From Octopus sinensis (taxonomy: Eukaryota), in assembly GCF_006345805.1 (NCBI RefSeq), contig NC_043010.1:2170001-2234000 (forward strand): a stretch of 64,000 nucleotides of DNA. Reading direction: 5' to 3'. The position numbers and the translations under genes were made by a program. The notes below the pieces were generated by a model, which searched no databases, was not told where the DNA came from, and saw only the letters and a list, made by a program, of their open reading frames with translations. Positions 1 through 13,640 of this stretch are shown here, piece by piece; the first letter of the stretch is position 1; every line of letters begins with the position of its first letter.

Positions 1-463
1 GTGAAAACAAGCAATAAAAGTAAGCCTACTGATTAATAATATAATAATATTAATCATGAACATAAACAATAATAATAATAATAATAATAATGTTAATAGC
101 AGTGGTGTTAATAATGAAAACACTTGCCTGTTTTCATTATTTCTATGTGAACATATCAACACATCAAATGCCATTAGAATTATGAATGCTAACAGATTAA
201 TGGAATATTTCAGAAGAGCAGTTTTTGATTTGTCATTGCACAGATATGGGAGTGAGACAAATTAAGGTATGCTACAATATACCAGATCAATAAAATAAAG
301 ACCAATAAAAGTGAATAGTCAATTTAATTAGTTATACATGCCTCCTCAACAGTGATTGGTCATTTGCCCATTTAGAGGAATATCCTGGTATCACTACTTG
401 AAATCTCAAATGCATATTGATTAAGGGTAATTTATACCTACAATTTTATCTTCTTTGAGATAG

Positions 464-733
464 CGTCTTCTACTGTATCCCTGGGTCGACCAAAACCTTG
501 TGAGTGAATTTAGTTGATGAAGACTGTGTAGAAATCTGTTGTGTGTGTTTGTGTTTGTCCCCCTCACTGCCTCATAACCAGTATTGGTTTGTTTATGTCC
601 ACATAACATGGCAATTCTGGGACCGATAGAACAAATACCAGACTGTGAAATAGATAAATACTGGGGTCAATTTGTTTGGCTAAACCCTTTAAAGATAGCC
701 ACAGTCCAATGAGTGAAATGTGTAAAAGATAAA
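464..733 (+). mobile_element. SINE family A, 5'-truncated diverged copy
   Basis: Aligns by eye to the full copy at 47150-47563 (gtcttctact...aaccttgtgagtgaattt...gaccgatagaac...ctggggtcaattt...cacagtccaatga). Confidence 0.75.
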
Positions 734-829
734 TGGTAAAATTATATATGCATGCACACACACACACACATGCACACATATATATGTATATGTTTGTGTG
801 TGCCTGCACACCTTGACATCATGTGACAG

Positions 830-1030
830 TTGTAAACCATTCACGAGATGTTATTCGTTTGCAGTCATCACGACCTAACACATCTGGTCACGGAGGGGAA
901 TATTACCAAACTTGGAAACAAGTAAAGATTGGTGAAAGAAAGGGGCACCCAGCAATAGAAAATCTACTCCAATGAATTCCATATGACACATGCAAGCATG
1001 AAAAAAGTGGATGTTAAAACAACAACGATG
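830..1030 (+). mobile_element. Repeat sharing the RTE-type 3' end (family C variant)
   Basis: Ends ggggcacccagcaatagaaaatct...catgcaagcatgaaaaaagtggatgttaaaac plus (GAT)n tail; related copies at 4600-4770, 10380-10520, 14850-15020, 26950-27130, 39900-40050, 46720-46975, 61850-62075. Confidence 0.65.
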
Positions 1031-1377
1031 ACAATGTGGATGATGATGATGATGATGAGGAGGAGGAGGAGATGGTGGAAGAGGAGGGGACTATTATATG
1101 CTTGCTGTGGTCAGGATAATGTTACTGTTAGGGTTGTGCAGACGTTTACGACTGAGTGGTGCAGAAGTTTACTTCAAAGCTATTAGGTTCCAGATGAAAT
1201 TTTAGGCAAGTTGTCTTTTACCTTAACTATGAGTCAACCTGAAGCTTGTGAGCAAAATTGAGAATAAATGGAAATTATGTCAGAGGAACTGTACATGCAG
1301 TATAGAAGCCTGGTCTCATCTTATGTTGGGTCATGCTGATGTGGCTTGTGAATTACGTTAAATGTATACGTTTATAG

Positions 1378-1560
1378 ATCGCTAGCCACTACACATTCTT
1401 TATTTTCTCTCCTTGTTTCTTTCTGTGTTCCTTTCTGTGGAAGAGCGTAGGCTCGAAACGTTAAAGACTTTTTCATTTCCTGAGCGTTAAACTAATACAT
1501 CTGTTTGTTGTCTACACCACTTGTCTTCATCCTTTGTTTTTTTTGTGAATTCTCCTTATA
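1378..1560 (+). mobile_element. Penelope-like terminal-repeat fragment with hammerhead-like motif
   Basis: cttt-CTGTGGAA-GAGC-gtag-GCTC-GAAAC-GTT-aaag at 1431-1466; abuts (AT)n at about 1558, a typical Penelope context. Confidence 0.55.
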
Positions 1561-1573
1561 TATATTTATAAAG

Positions 1574-1622
<49 letters not shown>

Positions 1623-1837
1623 TATAAATTGAGATAGGGGTTGTGAGTGCAACCCACCATGGGATAACATATATCCAATATACTGCCGGTAAAGCACCCA
1701 ACAAAGTTAATACATAAATGTTCTATACTATTATGTTTGACCTTGATGTTCATATGTAGTGGGTTACTAAATTATATGATTGGGTATTATCTGGTAGTTG
1801 ATTATTGATTAAGGTGTATTTCTCCATTTTCTTATTT

Positions 1838-1870
<33 letters not shown>

Positions 1871-2689
1871 GCATCTAAGGATGTGTGTGTGTAGGCACAT
1901 ATATGTATGTAAGAATCTATGTGCCAGCTAGTATGTATGTATACACCTTTATCATTAGCAACAATAGTTATCATTTATGAGAATCAAAATTATGTATTTC
2001 TTTAATACAGAAACCAAGGTGGTTATGTATGCAAGGGTGGCTCTGTGTGTGTATAAGTAAAGCCACATTTAACATAACATTAAAGCTGAAATGCTGCTTT
2101 TCTTGTGAGACAGTTGGCGCAATATTTCCTCTTTTTTTTTGTGTGTGCAAAAAACCTCACATTTCATGGCTGAATGGTTGATGTTTGAAAGAGCATCCAG
2201 TCGTGTAAAATAAAATAGATTTAGCAGTTGCAACAAAGCATGGAAAAGAGTAAAAACAAAACATCTAGACCTTTCTAGCTTGGAAAATAACATGTGTAAA
2301 CAGTTATGAGTAATAACCATAAAATATTATAAAACATTCATCCTACCTCAACCTGTTTTATTATATTTATTATAGAAGCACTTAGTATGACATTTCTAGA
2401 AGAAGGATAAACTAAAGATTTGAATGTTGGGGGTAAAGACAGAACATAGCACTCAATGTAGGTTTATTGAGTCAAAGCATGGGGAAGAAGTTTTATTCTG
2501 ATTGAATATAAGGGCAACTGAAACTGTAGGATTAAAAAATTCACTCCATAACCATGAGGTTTGGGGTTCAGTCTTACTGTGTAGCATCTCAAGCAAATGA
2601 TTTTTTTTCATACAGCCTCAGATTAATCTTCTGAGTGAAATTGCATTCATAGAAACTGCACAGAAGGCCAATAAAGCTTGGCACCTTTG

Positions 2690-2845
2690 ACATCGCAACT
2701 CATTTCTACAGCTGAGTGAACTAGAGCAACGGGAAATAAAGTGTCTTGCTCAAGGACACAACACACTGCCATGTCCTGGAATCAAACTCACTACCTCATG
2801 ACTGTGAGCCCGATGACCTAACCCCTGAGCCATGTGCCTTCACAT
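2690..2845 (-). mobile_element. CORE-type tRNA-SINE (family E), 5' part
   Basis: Minus strand gives A/B boxes (ggctcaggggtt...gagtttgattcc) then gtccttgagcaagacactttatttcccgttgctctagttcactcagctgtagaaatg, matching the CORE pattern. Confidence 0.75.
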
Positions 2846-2964
2846 ATATGCACATATATGTGCATATATATATATATATATCAATCAGTATGTAATCATC
2901 TAAGTATGTGTGTGAGTAAATGTGTGTAGACATATACATGTATGTAAAAATGTATTTATGTACT

Positions 2965-3660
2965 TGAAGGGTTTAGTCAAAGAAACCAGTCCCAGTACTT
3001 ATTTCTTAAACCTATTCTGTCTTCTTTCCTGAATCATTAAGTCATGGGGATGTAAATAACTCAACACCAGTTGTCAAGCAATAGTGGGGGAAAGGTACAA
3101 ACAGACACATGCACATAGATGCACATAGTCAACAGAAGAGATCCAGAGATTCTCAGTATAGAAAACACTTAGTAGTGCTCAAATGACTCAAACTTAGGTT
3201 CCAATGTCTTTACAGGTGATCAATTCTACAGGGTGAAAAATGGCTATAAGAGGGAGCAAGTTGAGCAGATGTGGAGGCAATCATGCTGATAAACAAATTA
3301 GACATATTAAATATAGCAGTTTGGGTATGAAATACAAAATATGCATAAATGTATACATGCAAAACAAGAGAAAGCAAAAAGTGGAGGTTTTCAGATGATG
3401 AATATTTAAGTATAAATAAATATATAGATATTTATATTAATAGATCTCACATCTAACTTGGTTATCCGCATAATTACCTCCACATAGATATATATATATT
3501 CAATGGGCTTCAATACAGTTTCTGTCAAGCAAATCCACTCAAAACGGCTTTGGTGAGCCTAAGGCTATAGTAGAAGATACTTGCCCAAGGTGCCATACAG
3601 TGAACTGAACCCAGAACTATGTAATTGTGAAGCAAACGTTTTGCCACATGGCTACATCTC
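2965..3660 (-). mobile_element. SINE family A split at its central microsatellite
   Basis: 3' half at about 2965-3115 and 5' half at about 3500-3660, same orientation, separated by about 380 bp of other sequence. Confidence 0.65.
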
Positions 3661-5483
3661 TCAGCAAATATTTATTGACTGATCTCTGATGCCAATACCA
3701 TCTTATCTTATTCTATGTTCCATTTATCCATTCTTGTTGATGGACGATGCCACATAGATTTCTTCTCATACAAATAGCATCTGATTTTCTGGATCTTCAT
3801 ACTAAATTAAGAAACTGGATTTTTTTTTTAGCTTTTTTTTTTCTTATTAGTTTACTTCTTTAGATTCTGAACATTAAGTACAATAAGTGCATATATGTGT
3901 GTGAGTGCTTGTGTGTGATTGCGTGAATGCATGTGTGTTTGTATGTGTGCATATCTGTGTGAGTATGGATATGTGAATGTGCATGTGTGTGAGTCTGTCT
4001 TTTGTACAGCCATGAGTTTATGTGACTCACAAATCATCTGATTATGAGTCCCTCCCCACCCCCTTTCCGTTCATTCTACTTGTAATGTCTGCTATATTCA
4101 ATAAGCTCCTTTCTTTCTTCATAACTGATTTATGTAAAGCCTTTTTAAATCTTTATCCTTATAAATCTTTATCTAAATATTTTATTGCTAAAGAAAATTA
4201 TGAAGAAACTGCTTATATATATTTTTATCTCCAGTGTTTCCATATTATCAATAGCAGTTCATAAATATGTTGCTTAGCTCTGGAATGAGAAGTGTTAAAT
4301 AGTTGAGAGAGAGATAAATCTTCCACTGGATGAGAAGCCAGTCTACAATAGGTAATAAATATTCTTTAGAATCCTGTTCACCTAAGTGAACTGAGAAAGG
4401 GGCATAGAATATCTTGCTACCCCAAAACACAAAAGAAGATTCCTCAAGTGCATGTGATCATTTAATCTACCTAAAACATCGACATAAATAGATAAAGCAT
4501 TGGAATAACTGACATGAAGAATTTACCACAAATACCTTCCTGCATGAAGAATGTATAGTTAAAGTGAAGTGGAGGGCTAGCATATGTGCTAAAGCATGAT
4601 TGATCATCATCATCGTTGCTTTAACATCCATTTTTTAATGCTCACTTGAGTCGAATGGAATTTGTTGAGGCAGATTTTCTACAGCCAAATGCTTTACCTG
4701 TTGCCAATCCTCTCCAGTTTCCAAGTAAGGATATATTTCCCCTTGATCAAAAAAATCTAAGAAAATGTGGTGAGACAGCTTCCCACTATCCCCCAAAATG
4801 AGTCCCAGGAATGCTCCCATCAATGGAAACAAGGCTAGATAAATTATATGGCTTTGGAAGGGGATTAAATGCCAAACTGATATGTTTTGTAGTTTTCTTT
4901 TTGTAGCACCAGTCTCAATACTTTTTGATCAAACCTCACACACACACACACGCGCATACATGCACAACACACAATGGGCTTCTTTCAGTTTTTCGGTTTC
5001 CATCTACCAAATCAACTCACACGTTTCTGGTTGGCCAGGAGCTATAGTAGAAGACACTTGCTCAGAACCATGTAGTTGGGGAACAAACTTCTTATTGCAC
5101 AACCATTAGGTAATAAATATTCCTTAGAAACCTGCTCACTTACGTGAACTGAGAATAAAGCATAGAATATTTTGCTGCCTCAAGACACAACAGAAAATTC
5201 CTCAAGTGATGTGATCATTTAATTTGCCAATAGCATTGAATATAAATATTAAGGCAATGGAATGAATGACAAAGAAGAATTTTCCAGGTATGCCTTTCTG
5301 TATGAAGAATGATAGTTAAGGTTTATTGGGGGTGGCTAGCGTACTTGCTAAAGTACCAATCTAGATTGGAGGATTGGTAGAAACATTAAAGAAAGATGTA
5401 GGGGTGGAATCCCTTTATGAAAATGACAGATAAGTATTTCGCAACTTCTTGTTGAACAACCTACACAGTTGATTTGTTTATAG

Positions 5484-5821
5484 GAAGGGTCCTCAACCAT
5501 TTTTTTTACCTATGGACTCCTTTGATTACTATTTTATTCTGGTGGATCCCATAGCCATTTGATGTTTAAAAACTAGTTTTATATGAACTTCTTTCAACAT
5601 ACCTTTATTTTCTTCTATAAATTAACCTGTGTAAGTTGAACTATGTCAAACATTGGAGAAAGAAACCTACCTGTTTCTTGCAATACATACCAATACATGC
5701 ATTGAAAGCAAAATTTTTTTTCAGGGGCCCCTAATATACTATTGTGGATACCCAATTTACTGGTTTGTTACATGGACCCCACAAAATCTTATATGGATCC
5801 TCAGGGGCTATATGGACACTG
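5484..5821. mobile_element. hAT (Buster/Charlie-type) MITE
   Basis: 8-bp TSD GTTTATAG at 5476-5483 and 5822-5829 (central TA); decayed ends gaagggtcctcaacca... and ...ggacactg; repeated ggacccc-like subterminal motifs. Confidence 0.75.
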
Positions 5822-6680
5822 GTTTATAGTGATCAAATGTTTGTGCTGTACAATAGCTCACTCTCCATCAAATTCACATTTCCTGTACAAGTGCATGATG
5901 GTCCACATAATCATAGAAAAATGTGAAATGAAATGTTTTGCTCAAGAACACAATGAACCACCTAGTTCTGGAATCAAAACCATGATCTTGGTGTTGTGAG
6001 TGCAATACACTAAACACTAAGCCATGTGCCCTCACAGACATTGCAGTACTGTTTTGGGGTTCTGTTTTTTTTTTTGCATTCTGACAACAGTCCAACTGGA
6101 CAACCATTTCCTTGGATAAACATTGGTGGTGCATGTGTCTGTGTCTCTCTAAAAATCACAGAACTACAAGCAGTGATGTTCTTTTCATTTTTCCTAGAAA
6201 TCGTAAAACAATATCTTAATAATGTACAATAATATATTTATCTCACCAGTGTTAGTGTAGAAAAACAGTGGTAAAATTATGTGTATATATATATAGACAC
6301 ACACACACATATATATACTACATATATATTGTGTATGTGTGTGTGCAAACTCTTTGGAGTGGTTAGCATGAGAATGGGCTTCCAGCCATAGAAGCTAAGC
6401 CAAAACAGACAATGGAACTTGGTGTGGTTCCTGGCCTTGCCAGTTCCTATCAAGCTGTCCAACCCATGCCAGCATGGAAAACGGACATTAAATGTTTATG
6501 ATGATAATGATTATATGGTTATAGATATTCTTTTTATATTGGTTGAGTTAGTCTCTTGTGACTCTGAGTTCTGCCTGTGAGTCTGCAGGGTCTTCAGGCT
6601 AATTACAATTCCTATAGTATCTGTATGGTACCAAGTACTTTTCCTTCCAATAATCAACACTTTGTGTGTATATGTGTGTG

Positions 6681-6756
<76 letters not shown>

Positions 6757-6760
<4 letters not shown>

Positions 6761-7130
6761 TTACCAGCGTCACCTTACTGGCACTTGTGCTGGTGGCACA
6801 TGAAAAACAACATTCAAGCAATTTTTTTGCTAATGCCGCTGAACTGGCTCCTATGCAGGTGGCATGGAAAAAACACCACTTGAGCATAGCCAGTGCCAGT
6901 ACCACCTGACTGGCTCTCGTGCTGGTGGCACATAAAAGCACCCACTATACTCTCAGAGTGGTTGGCGTTAGGAAGGGCATCCAGCTGTAGAATCTCTGCC
7001 AGATCAGATTGGAGCCTGGTGCAGCCATCTGGCTCGCCAGTCCTCAGTCAAACCATCCAACTCATGCCAGCATGGAAAGCAGACGTTAAAGGGTGATAAT
7101 GATGATGATGACGATAATGATGATGATGAT
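6757..7130 (+). mobile_element. RTE LINE 3' UTR copy (family C)
   Basis: Three gtgctggtggcac-type units, then ggcgttaggaagggcatccagctgtagaa...ccatgccagcatggaaagcagacgttaaa plus (GAT)n tail; same sequence follows the RTE ORF end at 56359-57003. Confidence 0.8.
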
Positions 7131-8483
7131 TATATATATATATATAAAATATGTTATAGGAAGGGAAAATCCTTTCATTTAATAAGCAACAAGAGTCATT
7201 TTCAGCCTAAGAAATTTTTACATCTCAAACTACACTGATTAACACCTCTTTTGTTTTAGCCTTTTTTCACTATTTTTCTTGTTTTAATCTCCAATCCAAT
7301 TTATACTAACATGCAGACCATCATCACTAGCCTACCAATTCTAGTGGCTATCCTTGTTTGCTGCCAACTCTCGTCACTCTGTTGTGATTGACTCAATCTC
7401 AACAACCAGCACTGATTAAGGTTGCCTAAGTAACAGAACTTACCTCCCACTTATATTGATCCATTAAAGCAAGCCTTCATTGTCACACATGAATTGGGTG
7501 CTCTGGTTGGCTTCTAATAGTGGTTAATCTATTTTGTACAAATGTCAGTAGCTGTTGATTATGAAACCTAGGTCAGTCCTGACTTCGCTGGCTGACAATA
7601 TAAAAAGTAGTCTATCTGTAACCACTCTATCTTTCTAATATATTCAGGACTACACTGTCCACTGTCCTATAGGTCTCTTTGTTTTCAACATGTTACAGAT
7701 GTATGTTTGTATGTATGTATATAAATATATATATATCATCATCATCATCATCATCATTTAACATCTGTTTTCCATGCTAGCATGGGTTGGACAGGTTGAC
7801 AGGAGCTGGCAAGGCCAGCGGCCACACCCAGTTTCATGGTCTGTTTTGATTCAGTTTCTATGGCTAGATGCCCTTCCTAATACTAACCACTTTATACAGA
7901 GTGTACTGGGTGCTTTTATGTGGCACCTTATAAACACACACACACGTGTGTGTGTGTGTGTGTGTGATGAAGGGATTGGCATTAGAAAGCCATAGAGATT
8001 AGGCCAAACAGGCACTGGAACTCAGTCCTGTCCTCTGGTTCCTCAGTTTTTATCAAAACATTCAACACACACCAGTATGGAAGATAGATGTGAAATGATG
8101 ATAATGACAATGAGAATCATTGCACTTATCTATTCTGATATTTCTCTTTTATTTTGCAGCAAACTTTTATGAAGAACAGCATCAATATTGACAGGTTCCT
8201 TTCAAGTCAATCAGTTCATTCCATTTGCAAAGCAACAGTGACAAGGAAGTGTCTGGAATTCAATGAACAGCATTTCATTTGAAGAGCAAAATATTCCATA
8301 CTGTTGTTTATAGCTTACACCAATTTATATCAGCAATATGTGCCTGTGTCTATGTCAATATAAAACTAAAGTTAAATTTCTGCCTAGTTCTTCAATGAAC
8401 AGCTCTGTATTCAGCCATGGGAAGATTGTAAACAAATGACAGTTTCTATGAATGGTGACTGAGTTTCAATCAAAATGGTTCTA

Positions 8484-8906
8484 GGCACAAGCTTGGCTGT
8501 GTGATAAAATATTTCGTCCCAACCACATAATTCTGGGTTCAATCCCACTGCATGACACCTTGGGAAAGTGCATTCTACTATAGTCCCAGGTTGATCAAAA
8601 CCTTGTGATTGTATTTGGTAGATGGAAACTAAAAGAAACTTGTCATATATATATATATATATATATATATGTGTATGTATTTAAAATGTGTGTGTGTTTT
8701 TGTCTGTTTGTCTCCCACCCCCGTACTACCATTTGACTACGAGTGTTGGTGTACATCCATCTCTGTAACTTAGTAGTTCAGTACAAGAGACCAATAGAAT
8801 AAGTATCAGGTTTAAAAAAAAAAAACAAGTTCAGGGGTTAATTTGTTCGATTTAAATTCAAGGTGGTGTTCCATCATGAACTCAATGACACAAATAAAAA
8901 AGATAA
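8484..8906 (+). mobile_element. SINE family A, near full length
   Basis: tRNA-like head (ggctgtgtga...gggttcaatccc), caccttgggaaagtg, central (TA)n/(TG)n, 3' module gaccaatagaataagta...ggggttaatttgttcga. Confidence 0.85.
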
Positions 8907-9302
8907 TACACACACATGTATACACTCACATATGTATACAAATTTTCCCTCATAGTACATCATTCTTTATTAGAAAACAAGAGCACATTGGATAAAGTAG
9001 TATCAGTTGTAGTGTGCTGTGCCTAGAAAAATGGCAGAATGGTTACAGTTGGAACACTTTTGATTAAATTTCTGCTGAATTAGTGCTGACCTGGTGCTAA
9101 AAAAAAGCACAAAACAGTAACATCACATATTTTGGATAACAAAACAGCAATAACAACATTGATAGCAAACAACTTCTATTGCATTATAAGACTTACATTT
9201 ATAATTCCTTGCTCTTAACATAAGCACTTTTTTCCCGTCTGTAGATTTGCAATGAAGAGATTAATCTATGAATCCATCAAAGATAAAACACATAAGAAAT
9301 AA

Positions 9303-9770
9303 TCTATATCTCTAAAACAGTCCTTGGACGAAAATTGTATCCACATTTTGCTTTGACGGTTAATGGTGGTCAAACCGAGGCTAGGATCGAGCTGAAAATT
9401 GGTAAGGATACTAAATGCATGGTGAGGATGAGTCCCGCGATGGTTAAAATTTGCAAGCTATAAAGATGTGGTTGCTATGGCAAAAAGAGTGATTTTTTAT
9501 CGATTCAAGGGGGCCTAGAGCCCCTCTAGGTTTGTGCTATTGGCTTTTAATGCAAGGCAGCATGCACTGCAGGCTGTTGTGCTTAATAAACATACATTTT
9601 GTCGCAAAATTCCAGCTACTAGGAAACAATTTTTCATTGTGAAAAATCGAGTGCTTTTTGCCCTCATTTTCTTTTTAATTTTTGATAAAATTTTCGTTTT
9701 CTTTTTTTAAATTCCTCATCTTTAAAATGTGGCCTGAGTAGACCTGAATGAAATCGGGTTATAATACTAG
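9303..9770 (+). mobile_element. Non-autonomous Helitron
   Basis: 5' a|TCTATATCTCTAAAA, 3' hairpin acctga-atgaaa-tcgggt followed by TATAATACTAG|t; A/T target site, no TSD, no coding capacity. Confidence 0.75.
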
Positions 9771-9829
9771 TATATATATAAACTCAGATACTAATTCACA
9801 AATATTCACTCATGTCCATATTTGTAATT

Positions 9830-10190
9830 GTCTATCTTTTACTTGCTTCACTCATTGGACTGCAGTCATGCTGGGTGGGTGGGGGGTCACTTTGAAGGGT
9901 TTTAGTTGAACAGATCAAAAATAGTACTTATTTTTTTAAAGTCTCTTTTGCTGAAACACTAAGTTACAGGGATATAAATAAACCAGGGATGTAAATAAAC
10001 CAACACTACAGTGGGATAGGGGCAAAGCAAACACAGATACAAAAACACACACACATACTCGTAATAGGCTTCAGTACAGTTTCCTTTACTGAATTCACTC
10101 ACAAGGAATTGGTCAGCCCAAGGCTATAAGTAGAAGATAGATGCCCAAAGTGCCTTACAGTAAGACTGAACCTGTAACCAAACGCTTACA
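9830..10190 (-). mobile_element. SINE family A, near full length
   Basis: Reverse complement of the 47150-47563 copy, with a small internal duplication (gggatataaataaacc twice). Confidence 0.8.
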
Positions 10191-10600
10191 AATTGACCCT
10201 TCTAACCACACCACAACTATACCTGCACCCATATGGATATATCAGAAGCAGCACCGTGGATCTTTTCATTATTGATTCCCTTTTCAGTTCTATAAATTCC
10301 AGATTTATTGTCTCATGCATTTCTCTTTCCTTTTCTTTCTTTTCTTTCATTCTTATTCTTTTTATTTTCTTGTTCCTGTTCTCAGTGTTTTAATGTCCAC
10401 TTTTCCACACTTGCACAGGTCAGGCAGACTTTGTTAATGTAGATTTTCTCTAGGGCTGGATATTTGTTTCCAAGTAAGGTAATATTTTCCCCATGACAAG
10501 ACCACAGAAGATTGGGAACAAAGAACATCACATATATAACAAAAAGACTTGCTTATAACTACCAGGTGATGTCAACACACACATAAACACACACACACAC

Positions 10601-10648
<48 letters not shown>

Positions 10649-11282
10649 ACATACACATACATACATACATACATACATACATACATAGGAACATTGGGAT
10701 ATGTAACACACTGCCAAAGTATCAATCTTGAGAAATTAGGTTTTGCACAACCAGGAAGGAGAAAGCTGATTCAAAATCTACAAATCCAAGCCATCAATGG
10801 AACAGTAAAAATCTGTAAGACTTCCCAAAAGTTTATCATTTAAGTATAGATGCACATGTCTAGACATGCAACTATATGCAAGGGAATACATACATAAAAC
10901 AAAACAGAAACCTGCACATGCACTAACTCCAAATACTGCACATATACACACATACATGGAAAAAAAACTCTGCTGATGTTGATGTTCCAATGAAGAAGCC
11001 TTGGATGTAGATTAGAAAGCAGCTTCTTCTCCATTGGAAAGGAATCTTGAAATAAAACTAAATAATGACATACATGATGGACTTCTTTCAGTTCCTATCT
11101 ACCAAATTCCCTAATAATGCTTTTGTCAGTTTGGTGATATAATAGAAGATACTTGTCTAAGGTGTCATGCAGTAGGGCTGAACCCAGAACATTATGGTTC
11201 GGAAGCAAACTTCTTATCCACACAGCAACGCCTGCACCTTTATATATATATATGTGCCATTTCTAGCTTGTTCGAGAGGTAC

Positions 11283-11363
11283 CAGAGATAGCTCGATGGA
11301 GCAGTGGGGGGGGGAGTATGGGGTGGGTTTTTAAATAAATCCTCATCATCTCCGACTACATTT
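11283..11363 (-). CDS. Candidate internal coding exon of an unidentified gene (81 nt, phase 2/2)
   Basis: Acceptor cattgcattttttgcAG, donor tg|GTacct (weak), open frame NVVGDDEDLFKNPPHTPPPTAPSSYL in non-repeat, CpG-retaining sequence. No homolog recognised. Confidence 0.25.
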
Positions 11364-12042
11364 CTGCAAAAAATGCAATGTGGCAAGAGACTTTTAATAA
11401 TCTGAACACTGCAATCCATTGTTTCTAGGTCCGAGCAAACAATCAATTGCTCCTCATGCCATTTTATCTTTTCGCTTGTCAGGAATTCTGAATCTCTGCC
11501 CTAAGATTTACTTTGCTAAAGATAATTCCATCTGGCAGACTTTAACTTCCTCATCTTTTGCTATATCTTCCCTAACTCTCCCCCCCCACCTCTCTCCATC
11601 TCTCTATTGGTTTCACCTTCCTCCTTCTCTTTCTCTCACTTCTTCACTCCATCGCTCTCCATCTCTTTATGTTTCATTATTTATATCTGTCTATTAATCT
11701 ACTTGTCTCTCATTGATGATCTTCTGCTCTTACGCTCTCCATCCCATTCTCCACCACCACCACGAGCTCAATCAGTTTTATCTCATTTTATCTTTTAGTA
11801 TATCATCATAATTATTTATCCTATGTCTTCCTAACCCTCTCACATCCTCTCTTTCATATCTATCTATCTACTTCACTATTTATCTACCTACATATCTATC
11901 TATCTATCTATCGACATCACTATTTATCTACCTATCTATCTATCTATCTATCAATCTATTTATCTATCTAACTATCTGTTTGTCTATTTGTCTATCAACC
12001 TCACTATCTATCTACATACGTATCTATCTGTCTATTTATCTA

Positions 12043-12097
<55 letters not shown>

Positions 12098-12473
12098 AAC
12101 TATCTGCTTATCTAATTATCTGTCTGTGTCCTGCATTTTCTTTTTCTATATGAGTAGGTGTGTGTTTGTACATATGTGCATGCATGCACACACACACACA
12201 CACACAAACACACACAAACTTTTTCTCTCTTGCAATCTCTTCAAACATTTACCTATATATATATACATTTTCCTTTATATGTGTGTATATATGTAATACA
12301 TACGAATGAACGTATGTTTGTGAGTGCAGGTGTCTATATGTATTTCAATCAGTTCTGTTAATTGAATTATCATTATTTTTGTCTCAAACTCTTTCCTTGT
12401 GTATCTCATTCATTTACCTCTTTTTTGCCAATCTCTATCTGTCTGCTGCCCCCCTCTCTCTCTCTTTCAGTAA

Positions 12474-12504
<31 letters not shown>

Positions 12505-12551
12505 GTGTCTGTGTGTAAATATATTATATATATATATATGTGTGTGTGTAA

Positions 12552-12606
<55 letters not shown>

Positions 12607-13309
12607 TGTGTGTATCTATGTATATGTACACACACACACATACACAATACACACACATATAAATCATCTCCCTCTCTCCCACCTCTGTCTGAGAATCTAC
12701 ATTTACCTTCTTCTTGCCAATCTCTGTCTGTTTGTCTCTCCCTGTCTATGTATGTGTGTGTGTGTGTATACACATGCACACACACACACACACACATTCA
12801 TACTCTCTTTCTCTATCTCTCTGTCTATCTATCTGTGAATTTCTACCTGTCTATCCATTTCCTTGCTCCTGATAAATCTTCTACAGAACCAATGCAAAAT
12901 GTGAAGTATGCTAAGAACTGATTTTAATGGATCTGTGTATTTTTAGTACATTCACAAACACTTAGAAATGCCAACATGCATACGCACACGCATACAAAGG
13001 TATACATACAAACATATACAAATGCAATACATAACACATACATACCTATACTCTAATACACATGGATACATAAAAAATGCACACAGATTTTATGCATTAG
13101 AAGCACATCTCAGCAGCATGCATAAATGCACACATCTACATATATGTTTGTTCTTGAAAATTATATTTAGTATCATACCATTCATATCTCTTGCATTTCA
13201 ATTTATGCACAAAACCAAGCAACCATGTGTGTGTGAGTATGTGTATTTATCCATATATTTCGTATATATATATGTATATATATATATCCATATATTCCTT
13301 ATATGTATT

Positions 13310-13410
<101 letters not shown>

Positions 13411-13606
13411 AGATCTAGTCTTGCTTCTAATGATGGTACATAAAGTCTTCTCTAGGTGATATCTGTGAGATTCCACTGAGGATACAAAATTTGAAACAAC
13501 TTGGCCAAACTGCAAGGAAATGAATAAAAGAAATTCCAAGTCTGTTTTCAATATCATGTTCTTTGATTTTAGATTTCTAAGATTGCATGACCAGAATCTT
13601 ACATAC

Positions 13607-13640
<34 letters not shown>

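Noticed and set aside
244-266. Plus-strand 23-nt micro-exon (MGVRQIK) with good splice sites
   Set aside because: Too short to distinguish from chance and could not be joined to a recognisable protein; the same applies to 18925-18974 and the acceptors at 8159, 9243 and 28350.
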